From NCBI RefSeq assembly GCF_038871235.1, contig NZ_JAVZIN010000002.1, positions 32,001 through 96,000 of the forward strand: a stretch of 64,000 nt of DNA. The letters are read 5' to 3'. Origin of the DNA: Candidatus Hadarchaeum sp. Lineage in GTDB: Archaea > Hadarchaeota > Hadarchaeia > Hadarchaeales > Hadarchaeaceae. How positions within the stretch are numbered: position 1 is the stretch's first letter; each line of letters starts with the position of its first letter. The notes under the pieces were generated by a model, which saw only the letters and a list, made by a program, of their open reading frames with translations, made no database searches and had not been told where the DNA came from. The translations under genes and the position numbers were made by a program. Positions 23,934 through 33,505 of this stretch are shown here, one piece after another.

Positions 23934-25067
23934 ATGACTTCCACTGTCATCGTCAGGTATGGAGAATTGGCCCTCAAAAGCGAGCCTGTAAGAAAAAGAT
24001 TTGAGAGGTGCCTAATAAACTCGATAAAACGATCGCTGCGAAATGTGACTTACACCATTAGAACCGAACGCGGTAGGATTTTCATTGATACTACCGCCAC
24101 GGCAAAAACGGTGAAAATTCTGTCTCAGCTTCCTGGCATAACCTCAATCAGCCCAGCTGTGAAGACGAAGGCAGACCTTGATGCCATTAAAGTCAAAGTA
24201 ACTACCTTAGCCAAAAAAATACTAAAGCCCGGTATGTCTTTCGCAGTCAGAACTACTAGAATCGGAGAACATGCCTTTTCCAGCAGAGATATAAATATTG
24301 CTATAGGATCATATGTCCTTTCCCTCCTGAATAATCTAAAAGTCGATCTCTCCCATCCTGACGTTGAAATATCGATTGAGATCCGAGATAACGATGCCTA
24401 CGTCTTTTCCAAAACGGTGCGGGGTGTTGGTGGATTGCCTGTTGGAACTCAAGGGAAAGTCGTGGCAATTTTGTCCGGGGATAAAAAAGACGCCATCGCG
24501 GCATTTATGATGCTAAAGAGAGGATGTATGGTAACACCACTAATTTTGGACGCATACGACGGGATAGGCAATCACCGGACAGGGCTTACGATTGCACAAG
24601 CGGAAAGATTGTCACTTTTTGGCGCTGCCACCTCCCTCTGGTTATTCCCATTTAAGGATCTACTAAATCAAGTACAGAAAAAAACGGACAGCAAATTTTC
24701 CTTTATTATTCGCAGGCGTTGTGAACTGAGGGCCGCTGAGCTGGTCGCAAGAAGAATCGCCGCCGAAGCCGTTGTAACGGGTGACGACGCTCAATCTATT
24801 GCGGGGATAATGCTGCCAAACCTACATACCATTGACGCGGCCTGTCAGCTGCCCGTGTTGAGACCACTTTCCGGTCTGGAGGTAAACGAAATCAAAAAAA
24901 TTGGCGTAAAAATAGGGCTAAAACTAGCTAAGGGTTCAAAATTGTCTCACCCCTTAAAAGGCGCCGTTATTAGCGCCGAAGAAATTCTTGAACAGGAAGG
25001 GATAATAAACGTTAGGAAAATTATTGAGGATGCCTCTGAAAAAATAAGAAAAATAGAGGTCCGGTGA
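23934..25067 (+). CDS. thiI: ThiI-like protein (NFLD + THUMP + degenerate PP-loop)
   Basis: VRYGELALKS, THUMP (SFAVR..R.G, VDL..PD), GGLPVGTQGK; PP-loop reads SGDKKD instead of SGGxDS. Confidence 0.8.
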   Translation: MTSTVIVRYGELALKSEPVRKRFERCLINSIKRSLRNVTYTIRTERGRIFIDTTATAKTVKILSQLPGITSISPAVKTKADLDAIKVKVTTLAKKILKPGMSFAVRTTRIGEHAFSSRDINIAIGSYVLSLLNNLKVDLSHPDVEISIEIRDNDAYVFSKTVRGVGGLPVGTQGKVVAILSGDKKDAIAAFMMLKRGCMVTPLILDAYDGIGNHRTGLTIAQAERLSLFGAATSLWLFPFKDLLNQVQKKTDSKFSFIIRRRCELRAAELVARRIAAEAVVTGDDAQSIAGIMLPNLHTIDAACQLPVLRPLSGLEVNEIKKIGVKIGLKLAKGSKLSHPLKGAVISAEEILEQEGIINVRKIIEDASEKIRKIEVR

Positions 25068-25071
25068 AAAC

Positions 25072-26346
25072 ATGGATTTGGTGATTAACCCGGCCACTTC
25101 GATCACTGGTGAGATCGAGGCCCTACCATCAAAATTTCATACGCAATTTTCCACCGCACTCGCGATCCTAACCGGAGGAAAGTGCACCATTGAATCCCCT
25201 TTAAGGGTTCGCGATACCCAAGTTATGCTAAAAGCAGCTGAATCCTTAGGGGCTGTTGTAAAGCGGTCCCAGGAAAAATGGACCATCTGGGGGGTAGACG
25301 GCAAAATCAAATCAGATAAAAACACCCTAGACGCGAAGAACTCCGGCACCTCGATCTGCCTGCTTACAGGGATCTCCACCATCTCGCCATCGACCATGGT
25401 CCTCCATGGTGACAGCCAATTGCGCTCAAGGCCCATGCCAACATTTCTTAAGGCGCTACGTTGCCTAGGCGCCGATGTCTATTCGACGAAACCAGATGAA
25501 AGTCCTCCTTTCATAGCTTTCGGCGGCGGGCTCAAGGGTGGCAAGGTTAAGCTTGATTTTCTTGAACCCAGATATCTGCCGCCCGTTCTAATCGCGGCAC
25601 CTTATGCCAAAAAAAAGGTAGAGTTAAAGGTCAAATCACCAACACTTGATCGGATCTCTGAACTAATGAAAATCGGACATGTCAAAGTGATCGAAAAAAA
25701 GAACACCGTCATTATCCCCAACCAAACCTACCGCGCCTTTACTTATCGAGTGCCGCATGAGATCTCTGGAACTGCGCCTTTTCTGGTCGCTGCCTGCCTA
25801 ACCGGTTCAAGCATTAAAATAAACCCTCTAGGACAAATGACCTATCGCGACAAGGAATTTCTCCAATGCTTAAAATCATTCGGAATCAATCCACAAATTT
25901 CAAAAAAATGCCTCAGTCTAGATGGAAAACACCGACTTAAAGCCACAAGGCTGAACCTCCGTTCTACTCCCGAATTGCTGCCCTTAGTCGCAGTAATTGC
26001 CTGTATGGCAAGAGGGAAAACTTTGATTTACGATGCCGCGGGCGCTAGGACCATGAAGTCAGACCGGATTTCAGCGATCGCCAACGAACTGAGACGAATG
26101 AAAGCCAAGGTGCTCGAGAGAAATGATGGATTGATCCTCCAAGGACCAGTGACATTGCGCGGCTGCGAAGTTGATGGTCACAACGACTATGCCATCACCG
26201 CGGCTCTCGTGGTGGCAGCGCTTGTATCAAATGGAATTACGACAATCAAAAACGGTGCCGACTCGCTTATCTCGAGTTATTCAAGATTCATATCCACCTT
26301 CCAAGCGATGGGCGCCGAGATAAGCTACCGGCACCCAACAGTTTGA
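25072..26346 (+). CDS. aroA: EPSP-synthase-fold (AroA-like) protein with degenerate active site
   Basis: PSK, NSGT, GD..LRSRPM, SDRI, GHND framework; many catalytic residues substituted. Confidence 0.78.
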   Translation: MDLVINPATSITGEIEALPSKFHTQFSTALAILTGGKCTIESPLRVRDTQVMLKAAESLGAVVKRSQEKWTIWGVDGKIKSDKNTLDAKNSGTSICLLTGISTISPSTMVLHGDSQLRSRPMPTFLKALRCLGADVYSTKPDESPPFIAFGGGLKGGKVKLDFLEPRYLPPVLIAAPYAKKKVELKVKSPTLDRISELMKIGHVKVIEKKNTVIIPNQTYRAFTYRVPHEISGTAPFLVAACLTGSSIKINPLGQMTYRDKEFLQCLKSFGINPQISKKCLSLDGKHRLKATRLNLRSTPELLPLVAVIACMARGKTLIYDAAGARTMKSDRISAIANELRRMKAKVLERNDGLILQGPVTLRGCEVDGHNDYAITAALVVAALVSNGITTIKNGADSLISSYSRFISTFQAMGAEISYRHPTV

Positions 26347-26416
26347 TTAAGAAAGTTAATATTTCTGAAACATCATGGTTAATTGACCTATTTAGTTTAT
26401 CCCGAATTGTGGTCAC

Positions 26417-27025
26417 TTGAGGGGGCAGCTGAGTATAGAGTTCTTGGCGGTCATGGCCGGTTTCTTGATCATGGTAGCTACTGTTACTCTGCCGACGTAT
26501 CTTCAGGCAAACTTCGACGCGGAAAAATTGAGCAAAATCTCTGAAGCAAAAGTGGCTGCCAACGAGCTGGCAGCTGGACTGAACCATCTGTATGCAGTGG
26601 GGCCAGGTTCACGTCTGACCGTCGAATACTCGCTTCCGGCCGGGATCTTGACCATATACTTGGGAGGCTACGATAATCTTGATGTCGATGGGAGACTTAC
26701 AGCGGATGAAACAGTTCCGATAAATGGCCGTGCAGACATCCAAATTCTGATGGACTTTAACGGCGATGGGTTGTGGGACAACATGCGCGATTCCATAATC
26801 ACAGTGGATACGGTACTGCCCAGTCGGTGGAATGAAGACGGTACCGACCGGGGAGAAGACTGGGTTAAGGAGAATTGTCTACACGTGGAAGAAAATGGCT
26901 TGAAAGTCGGTCCTGAGTACGGGACTCTTTCTAACAGAACTTTTCACCGAACCACGCTAATTTACTGCTACGATCCGAGCAGCCGATACCCGCGAAGGAT
27001 CGTGGTCTTAGATGAAATCAGATAG
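26417..27025 (+). CDS. Class III signal peptide pilin-like protein
   Basis: RG/QLSIEF + hydrophobic helix; A..LA..LN.LYA.GPGS. Confidence 0.8.
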   Translation: MRGQLSIEFLAVMAGFLIMVATVTLPTYLQANFDAEKLSKISEAKVAANELAAGLNHLYAVGPGSRLTVEYSLPAGILTIYLGGYDNLDVDGRLTADETVPINGRADIQILMDFNGDGLWDNMRDSIITVDTVLPSRWNEDGTDRGEDWVKENCLHVEENGLKVGPEYGTLSNRTFHRTTLIYCYDPSSRYPRRIVVLDEIR

Positions 27026-27509
27026 ACATTATTCAAAAGGCCAATCGGCGGTTGAATATCTGACCATACTCTCCGCGGCGCTGGCCCTACTGACCTCAGT
27101 AACTCTCACCCAATCCATCAATCCATCCAAAAATGCTGCGGATCATTCGGCATATCTAATGCAGGCAAAAGCGACAGCCAGTTCCATCGCTGGTGCCATA
27201 GATGCTGTTTATGCGAACGGGGCCGGTGCATCCAAAAGTTTAATCGTGAAACTGGGCTGCCCCTGGACGGCCCAAATGGACAACTCGAAAAATGTCTTTA
27301 GGGTAATCTTCTGGACCATGTCGGGCGCAGAAAATTCGGAAGTCAATCTTCAGTACAAAATAAAGAAACAACACTTGCTTACAACAATCCCTCCGGGAAC
27401 CTACACGGTCATCGTGACTTGGTCTGAAAACAAAAATTTTCCAGAAACTATGCAGCTGGATGTGGTCGGCGGCGGGAAAATTTACATCTATCTTAACCCA
27501 CAGGGGTGA
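27012..27509 (+). CDS. Class III signal peptide pilin-like protein
   Basis: KG/QSAVEY + hydrophobic helix; IAGAIDAVYANG.G. Confidence 0.8.
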   Translation: MKSDRHYSKGQSAVEYLTILSAALALLTSVTLTQSINPSKNAADHSAYLMQAKATASSIAGAIDAVYANGAGASKSLIVKLGCPWTAQMDNSKNVFRVIFWTMSGAENSEVNLQYKIKKQHLLTTIPPGTYTVIVTWSENKNFPETMQLDVVGGGKIYIYLNPQG

Positions 27510-27940
27510 TTAATCTGGCCATTGCAGAAAAAAGAGGATTCTTCTCAATAGACGCGCTTTTGGCGCTAAGTCTGTTGGTGATAGTCGCTACCTCGCTCAT
27601 AACCTTATCTGAAGGAAGAAGAAAATCCGCAGAAGCGATTGAGATCCACCTAGAAGCAAAGATGATCGGCGACAGACTTGCCGCAGCGATGAACTCTGTA
27701 TATGTGAATGGGCCCAACATCAGTCTAAGTCTCAAGTTGCCGGAGAACATTGGACCCTATCCATACAGAGTATTCTCAGACAACTCAGTTGGCTTGTTAA
27801 CTGTTGAAAGCAGTGTTGAAGTAGTAGAGATAAATACGGTCTGCAAAAACTTCAAAAATTTTGTGCTTGAACGGGAAAATCTGACCAAAAAAATTCAGAT
27901 ATTCTGGGAGGGTTCCCAGCTATGTATTGCGGGGAGATAG
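27506..27940 (+). CDS. Minor pilin-like protein
   Basis: KRG/FFSID + hydrophobic helix; LAAAMNSVYVNG. Confidence 0.75.
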   Translation: MINLAIAEKRGFFSIDALLALSLLVIVATSLITLSEGRRKSAEAIEIHLEAKMIGDRLAAAMNSVYVNGPNISLSLKLPENIGPYPYRVFSDNSVGLLTVESSVEVVEINTVCKNFKNFVLERENLTKKIQIFWEGSQLCIAGR

Positions 27941-28353
27941 CAGGCCAATCCAGCACAGAATTTTTAATCCTGGTCGCAGGCATAATTTTAACCGCAACAT
28001 CATTTTTTTGTTGGAGTTTACAAAATACCGAACTCACTACAATAATTCAAGCGGCTCATGATGGAGCTGAAAATGCGCTTGCAACCATTGAAATCAACTA
28101 TGGGTGTTCTGCATATGTCGAATGCTTTGGACTCAACGATAATCGAATAGAGATATCCATCGTTATCCTAGCTGCTCCGCCGGAAAATATCAACCAATTT
28201 GATTTCACGGAAAAAGTTGTTAAAAAAATGGTCAAAGAAAGCGTCTTTAATTATATCCAAAGGGCTCTGAGCAGTCTTTCGACAAACAATCCGATTGAAA
28301 CAGCATTTTGCCCCTATGATGTCTCCATCCGCATAAGAAAGGGAATCGAATGA
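27922..28353 (+). CDS. Minor pilin-like protein
   Basis: G/QSSTEF + hydrophobic helix. Confidence 0.7.
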   Translation: MYCGEIAGQSSTEFLILVAGIILTATSFFCWSLQNTELTTIIQAAHDGAENALATIEINYGCSAYVECFGLNDNRIEISIVILAAPPENINQFDFTEKVVKKMVKESVFNYIQRALSSLSTNNPIETAFCPYDVSIRIRKGIE

Positions 28354-29318
28354 ACGAGCATGGACAGATTTTTACCTTAGATATGTTCTTCGCCCTCGTC
28401 TTAACCGCGCTAATAATTAGTAGTTCCGGCCTAGCATTGGAACAGGTGAGGAAACAAACTAATGATTATTTTTTAAGATATTCTCTCGAACAAACGGCAA
28501 ATGATGCTGCTGACGTGCTTGTTAAAACTGGCGGGACCCCGGATGATTGGCCAAAGCAGCCCAATTCCATAGAAGCTGTTGGCTTATGCCAAACTGATCA
28601 ACACGGTTTTCCAATACCGAACAGCCTTTCGATACAAAAGCTAGAGAACCTAAGGCAACTTTGTAAAAATGAAATCTGGGAAAGCTATCCCGCTGCCTCT
28701 CAGGCAATAAAGGCCCTTTTTAATCGCTCTGAAAAATTTGAACTCATTTTGATCGACGAAACTACTAACGAAAATCTATGGCCCCCAGTTTACCCTCGAT
28801 GGAATATCAAACAATCGTCGGGAGTTCAAGACTCATCAGAGGTTGTCGTGGTAAAGCGCCTAGTTGCTACAAATGTGATAACCGAAAACTTACTTGAAAA
28901 TCTTATCCACATCAGCAAACCACCACGTTACCAAATCTACTTTAACGTTGACCCTGGAGAACTAAACACTCGTGACTGGTACATCGTTTTAACAAGGTCG
29001 CTGCCACCGCCACCAATACAACCGGAAGTGAGGATTTGGGTGAACCGAAACCCGAGTGACGGTGATGGAGATCGGGACTTCAAATCCCCACCGCATGATT
29101 CGCCCTTCCGAATAAGATGCGATGGAGTGGATTACCCAGATGGTTCTGACTACGCCTTTCCAGTGCCGCTGCACGAAGGGCAGAACTTCATCTGGATTAG
29201 AATTTCAGGTAAAAATGCCCCGGTTAACGTTTCAATAGTTTCGCTACCGAGGGGTTCGCCATCAAAGTTAGTTGAACTTCCCCCAGTGGCAACCTTGGTT
29301 GTAAAACTATGGAGGTAG
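28350..29318 (+). CDS. Large pilin-like/adhesin protein
   Basis: G/QIFTLD + helix, ADVLVKT.G.P.DW, C-terminal LVVKLW. Confidence 0.75.
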   Translation: MNEHGQIFTLDMFFALVLTALIISSSGLALEQVRKQTNDYFLRYSLEQTANDAADVLVKTGGTPDDWPKQPNSIEAVGLCQTDQHGFPIPNSLSIQKLENLRQLCKNEIWESYPAASQAIKALFNRSEKFELILIDETTNENLWPPVYPRWNIKQSSGVQDSSEVVVVKRLVATNVITENLLENLIHISKPPRYQIYFNVDPGELNTRDWYIVLTRSLPPPPIQPEVRIWVNRNPSDGDGDRDFKSPPHDSPFRIRCDGVDYPDGSDYAFPVPLHEGQNFIWIRISGKNAPVNVSIVSLPRGSPSKLVELPPVATLVVKLWR

Positions 29319-29321
29319 AAG

Positions 29322-30527
29322 ATGTCCTCACTTTATGATGAAAAAGGTTTTATATTCAGCCTAGATGCAATTCTGGCCATCGCGGTTCTGATCACGGCTT
29401 TGCTTGGCGTGGCGAGTTTCATCGGACCCCAACCAATTCATGATCAACAGGGGTATCTTAGACTTGAAAGATACGCTAACGATGCTCTTGAAGTTTTACA
29501 GCTAACGGGAACAATGGACGAAATAATAAACTATGTTAGGCAAGGATACCCAGAAAATGCCGAATACTTGGCCGAAACGCAGCTTAGAAAAATTTTGCCT
29601 GCCGAAATTCAGTTCAGGCTGATAATCGGCGACGAAAACAATCCGCGTCTGGATAACGTTTTTTCAACGCACGGAAAGAATGAAGAATGGTTGGTCGCTT
29701 TTCAAAATGTAAATGAGATGGCCAAGGCTATAGGAATAACCACGCTACCTAGGAAAAGGATCAAGGTGCTCGCTTGGGTTGACAATAATGACGAAGAATT
29801 TATTTTCCAACTGCTTGTAAACGCTGGCATCGACCTCAAAAAAGTCAACACCATTACAGAATTCTGGAACGAAGTTGATACCGCCATCGCTAAATGGCAG
29901 CCGGGTCATCCCTATTATGACGCAATTTTCATTCCAGATGCTGAAATTGATCTCGCTCCAAACGGATTGACTTCAAAAATCATTGATCTAGTGATTTATC
30001 AAAAGTGCGAGGGTAGGATCGTTGTCGGTGGAAGTACCCTCTATCACAACTGTCAAGTTGAAGAAACTGATGGTTATCTCTGGGAATCGCTCGGGATTCT
30101 TTGGAACGATTCACCTCAAGAAATATCTGGACCGCCGCTGGACAACATGCGTATACTCAACTCTACCAGTTTCGTGACCCAAGCCTACAAAAATGGAGAT
30201 AATATTGAATACAATTCGAATTATGCCCAATATGTTTACGCGCCTATCGATGCTTCGTGGGTAGTCGCGCGATGGGAAGATGTTCCAAACATCATCGCTA
30301 ACCCTATAAGTGGAATAATTATCCGTCCTAGTGGCTTCACCCATACCCGTATGGGCCTATTGCCCCAGCCGGCGGTGCTGTTTAACATGCGCTTTGCCCA
30401 AAGTGCTACGGACAATGAGAACCCGATGGGTACTGCTGACTGGATAACTCTAGTAAAACTTGCACTTGGTTACGAAGAAGTTCCAGAGCTAATCAGCCTC
30501 TATGTTTGGAGGGGCCCGCCTGTGTGA
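29322..30527 (+). CDS. Large pilin-like/adhesin protein
   Basis: KG/FIFSLDA + helix, ANDALEVL...G, C-terminal LYVW. Confidence 0.75.
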   Translation: MSSLYDEKGFIFSLDAILAIAVLITALLGVASFIGPQPIHDQQGYLRLERYANDALEVLQLTGTMDEIINYVRQGYPENAEYLAETQLRKILPAEIQFRLIIGDENNPRLDNVFSTHGKNEEWLVAFQNVNEMAKAIGITTLPRKRIKVLAWVDNNDEEFIFQLLVNAGIDLKKVNTITEFWNEVDTAIAKWQPGHPYYDAIFIPDAEIDLAPNGLTSKIIDLVIYQKCEGRIVVGGSTLYHNCQVEETDGYLWESLGILWNDSPQEISGPPLDNMRILNSTSFVTQAYKNGDNIEYNSNYAQYVYAPIDASWVVARWEDVPNIIANPISGIIIRPSGFTHTRMGLLPQPAVLFNMRFAQSATDNENPMGTADWITLVKLALGYEEVPELISLYVWRGPPV

Positions 30528-31234
30528 TGACGATGAAAACGGATTATGGACAAAAGGGGGTCGCTCTGAGCAGTTTGGCGCTGCTGCTGATGCTGCCGGC
30601 TCTGCTGTTAGCCGCTTCCAGCTTGAAAATAATTGAAATTGGTGGGGAAACCAACTCCATCCAGATCTTGGCTGATAAAGTGTACTATACTGGAAAAGAA
30701 ATCTCAGAAACAATAAAACTAATGCAGAAGAATAGAGTTCCAATTAATGACATCAGCTTACAGGTGCTCGCTGAAAAATATCGTGCGGCGACTGGGTTAA
30801 TTATATGTATTACCTCCAATCAAGTTTATCCTCTCTGGATCCACGTACAACCCACCGGCGTTAATCATTATGCTGGAAGCAAATACTGTGTTGTTGAAAA
30901 AATCTCCGCCAATAGATGGAAATATTCGTTTGAAGACTCAGATGCAAATGCCGGCGAAACTGTCGATTTTGACTATAACGAGCCAGAATTGCTCATCGAA
31001 AAGATCGATGAAAATTTGAAAATAACCGTGTTGGCCTACAACAGCCCTCATTTCTCGGACGTTTATTATTCAAAAGAACTATTGTGGTCTGAAGTTGGAG
31101 GCATCGGTGAAAGACATGTGGGAGAATCTACGGAAATAGAAGAAAATTGTTTTGGGTCATTTATTTTGATCTCCATTGAAATTAGAGACCCTAATGATTT
31201 GGTGAGATGCTTCGAAAATGTCCTGCTTACGTGA
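30527..31234 (+). CDS. Pilin-like protein with acidic putative Ca-binding segment
   Basis: KG/VALSSLALLL helix; FEDSD..DFDYNE; start uncertain (30506/30527/30533). Confidence 0.65.
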   Translation: MTMKTDYGQKGVALSSLALLLMLPALLLAASSLKIIEIGGETNSIQILADKVYYTGKEISETIKLMQKNRVPINDISLQVLAEKYRAATGLIICITSNQVYPLWIHVQPTGVNHYAGSKYCVVEKISANRWKYSFEDSDANAGETVDFDYNEPELLIEKIDENLKITVLAYNSPHFSDVYYSKELLWSEVGGIGERHVGESTEIEENCFGSFILISIEIRDPNDLVRCFENVLLT

Positions 31235-32019
31235 GAAATGGATGTGAAAAGATGACGGAAAGTTCTATTGTCCGTTTATTTTGGGAAGTTGGCAATATCA
31301 TACTGGGTGCAGATAGGCGTGCTTCTGCCTGTAGAGCACAAGAAAACAGGATTAAACCAACGCGGGATAAAAACAGGCAAATAATTCCTGAAAAAATTAG
31401 GATATTTTTTGAAAAACACTACGCTGGCTGGCCAGAATATGTTATGTTGAAGGCACAAATTGCAATATTGCTGCTCTTTCTTACCACCGTGGTTTACTTA
31501 GTCCTATTGCCAAACGAGAATTTGATTTTCCTCACTCTGCTCTCAATCTGTAGCGGTTACTTGATTTACCAAACAAAAACCCAACTTAGGCTTGCCTTTA
31601 AACGAGAATATCCCGCCTATCGGTGTTTCGTGGTAATTTGTATAACAATCAACTGGTCTCTATTATTGCTGCTCAGATTGCTTCCCACAGTTTTTTCTAT
31701 GGAATCTGACCTGAACATCATCATGCCGACATTTCTCGCTTTTGTCATAATTATCAGCGCCTTTGCGGCTTTCAGGATAAAGTATGGGCGCAATTTCACC
31801 TACGGTTTGGTTGAAGAATCCCGCGGCGGTTTCGCTTTGGTTCGGGTCGGTTACGATATCAGAAGTAATGTCAAGTCTGGAGTCTATCCAGTGGAAAGTT
31901 CTATCAAAGTAAGAAAAGGAGATACAGTAAAACTTAGGGTGGCTAGGCCGTTGCTGGGCTTAGGAGGAGCCAAAGTTAAGGCGATTACAGAAGTAGTTGG
32001 CCAATCTACATCTGCCTGA
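31207..32019 (+). CDS. Membrane protein associated with euryarchaeal pilus loci (DUF2101-like)
   Basis: Four TM helices, EY.AYR.F, KYGRNFTYG.V, YDIRSNVK.G; true start may lie downstream. Confidence 0.7.
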   Translation: MLRKCPAYVRNGCEKMTESSIVRLFWEVGNIILGADRRASACRAQENRIKPTRDKNRQIIPEKIRIFFEKHYAGWPEYVMLKAQIAILLLFLTTVVYLVLLPNENLIFLTLLSICSGYLIYQTKTQLRLAFKREYPAYRCFVVICITINWSLLLLLRLLPTVFSMESDLNIIMPTFLAFVIIISAFAAFRIKYGRNFTYGLVEESRGGFALVRVGYDIRSNVKSGVYPVESSIKVRKGDTVKLRVARPLLGLGGAKVKAITEVVGQSTSA

Positions 32020-32911
32020 GTACCCTAATCCGCTCGGAAAGAGGTGGGTGTGTGGCAAAAAGATCGTCTAGAGGGCTTCTCTTCGGATCGGTAAAGAAGA
32101 GATGCGAAATCGCCTCGGTTACCTCCATCTTGCCGGCGTTCTTTTTCATAATCTTTTCAAGAGCGGAAGCAAGTCCTTCTGGATAACGGGTGAGTTCCAC
32201 TGCGCTGGCATCGGCCAAAAATTCCCTCCGCCTTGATATCATCGCCTGCACGAGCCTCGTAGCTATGGGAGCAACTACGGCCAGAATTAACCCCGCCAGT
32301 ATCAAAATTGCCGCTAAACCACCACCGCGCTCACCTTGTCTTCTCGAACCTCCGGCAAAAAAGGCCCCCCTCAATAGCAGATAGCTCAAAATGGCGGCGA
32401 ATCCAACAAAAACCGCTATCATCGTCATGAAGCGTACATCGTAATTTCTTATGTGCGAGATTTCGTGGGCGACAACCCCTTCCAGCTCGATACGATTGAG
32501 ACTCTCCAGTGCTCCGGTAGTTACCCCAACTGCGGCATGCTGCGGGTCGCGGCCAACCGCGAAAGCGTTTATCTCCTCGTTTTCAATGATGTAAACTTTT
32601 GGCGCAGGTATGCCCGCGGCCAAGCTGAGGCCCTCCACGGTGTTTATCAGGTAGATGTGTTTCACGGGATCAGCGGGTTTGGCCCTCATGACGCTGAGCA
32701 CCGCCTGATCTCCGTATCGGTAAGAAACAATTGCTTGTACAGCCATCCAGATGATTCCAAAAATAAGAATTAAAACCACAAAATCGGGAGCAAAAATATA
32801 TCCTATAGCAAAAAGCAGGCAAAGAACTATCGCAGTGATGGGGAAGATCAGCAACATCGAGTTTCTTTTATTTCTATTGATCTGGTCGTAAAAGCTAATT
32901 CGCGGCATCAA
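32006..32911 (-). CDS. htpX: Zinc metalloprotease HtpX (M48)
   Basis: INAFAVG, AHEISH (HExxH), SRRREFLAD, THPP. Confidence 0.92.
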   Translation of the reverse strand: MMPRISFYDQINRNKRNSMLLIFPITAIVLCLLFAIGYIFAPDFVVLILIFGIIWMAVQAIVSYRYGDQAVLSVMRAKPADPVKHIYLINTVEGLSLAAGIPAPKVYIIENEEINAFAVGRDPQHAAVGVTTGALESLNRIELEGVVAHEISHIRNYDVRFMTMIAVFVGFAAILSYLLLRGAFFAGGSRRQGERGGGLAAILILAGLILAVVAPIATRLVQAMISRRREFLADASAVELTRYPEGLASALEKIMKKNAGKMEVTEAISHLFFTDPKRSPLDDLFATHPPLSERIRVLRQM

Positions 32912-33471
32912 AAGGTCACTTTAGGAACCGCTCGCTCTTTCTCCGTAATCTCAAAATAGGGCTTCTGCTCGGTCCTGCCCATCCTCTGAGCAAACCATCG
33001 CCCGGGGAAAGTCGTAATTGCGTTGTTATAAGCAAGCACTGAGTCGTTATAGAATTGTCTGGCGTAGGCAATTTTGCTCTCGATACCGTCGAGCTGCTCT
33101 TGGAGTAATTTAAAGTTCTCGCTGGCCTTGAGGTTTGGGTAGTTCTCAGCCAAGGCAAAAATAGTCTTCATCGCTGCCGCTAACTCAACTCCTGCATCCA
33201 TCTTATCCTTAACCGTCTGGGCCCCCATCATCCTTTCCCGAGCCTTGGTCACCATTTCAATGGCTTTTTTCTCGTGCGCCATGTAACCCTTAACAGTTTC
33301 CACAAGGTTGGGTACCAAATCAGCTCTTTTCTTGAGTTGTACGTCTATCTGTGCCCACGCATTATCAATTCTGTTTGACAGGGAGATTATCCGATTGTAA
33401 TAGTTGAAAAACAGGGCGACTATCACCAGCAAAACTATTACAACAATAATGATTAGAATCCATTCCCACAC
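32908..33471 (-). CDS. lemA: LemA family protein
   Basis: YN, AW.QIDVQLK.R.DL.PNLVETVKGY.AHE, E.YP.LKA, RQFYN. Confidence 0.93.
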   Translation of the reverse strand: MWEWILIIIVVIVLLVIVALFFNYYNRIISLSNRIDNAWAQIDVQLKKRADLVPNLVETVKGYMAHEKKAIEMVTKARERMMGAQTVKDKMDAGVELAAAMKTIFALAENYPNLKASENFKLLQEQLDGIESKIAYARQFYNDSVLAYNNAITTFPGRWFAQRMGRTEQKPYFEITEKERAVPKVTF

Positions 33472-33505
33472 TTTCTCGCCTACTGCTTTTTATGGCTCCT
33501 GACAT

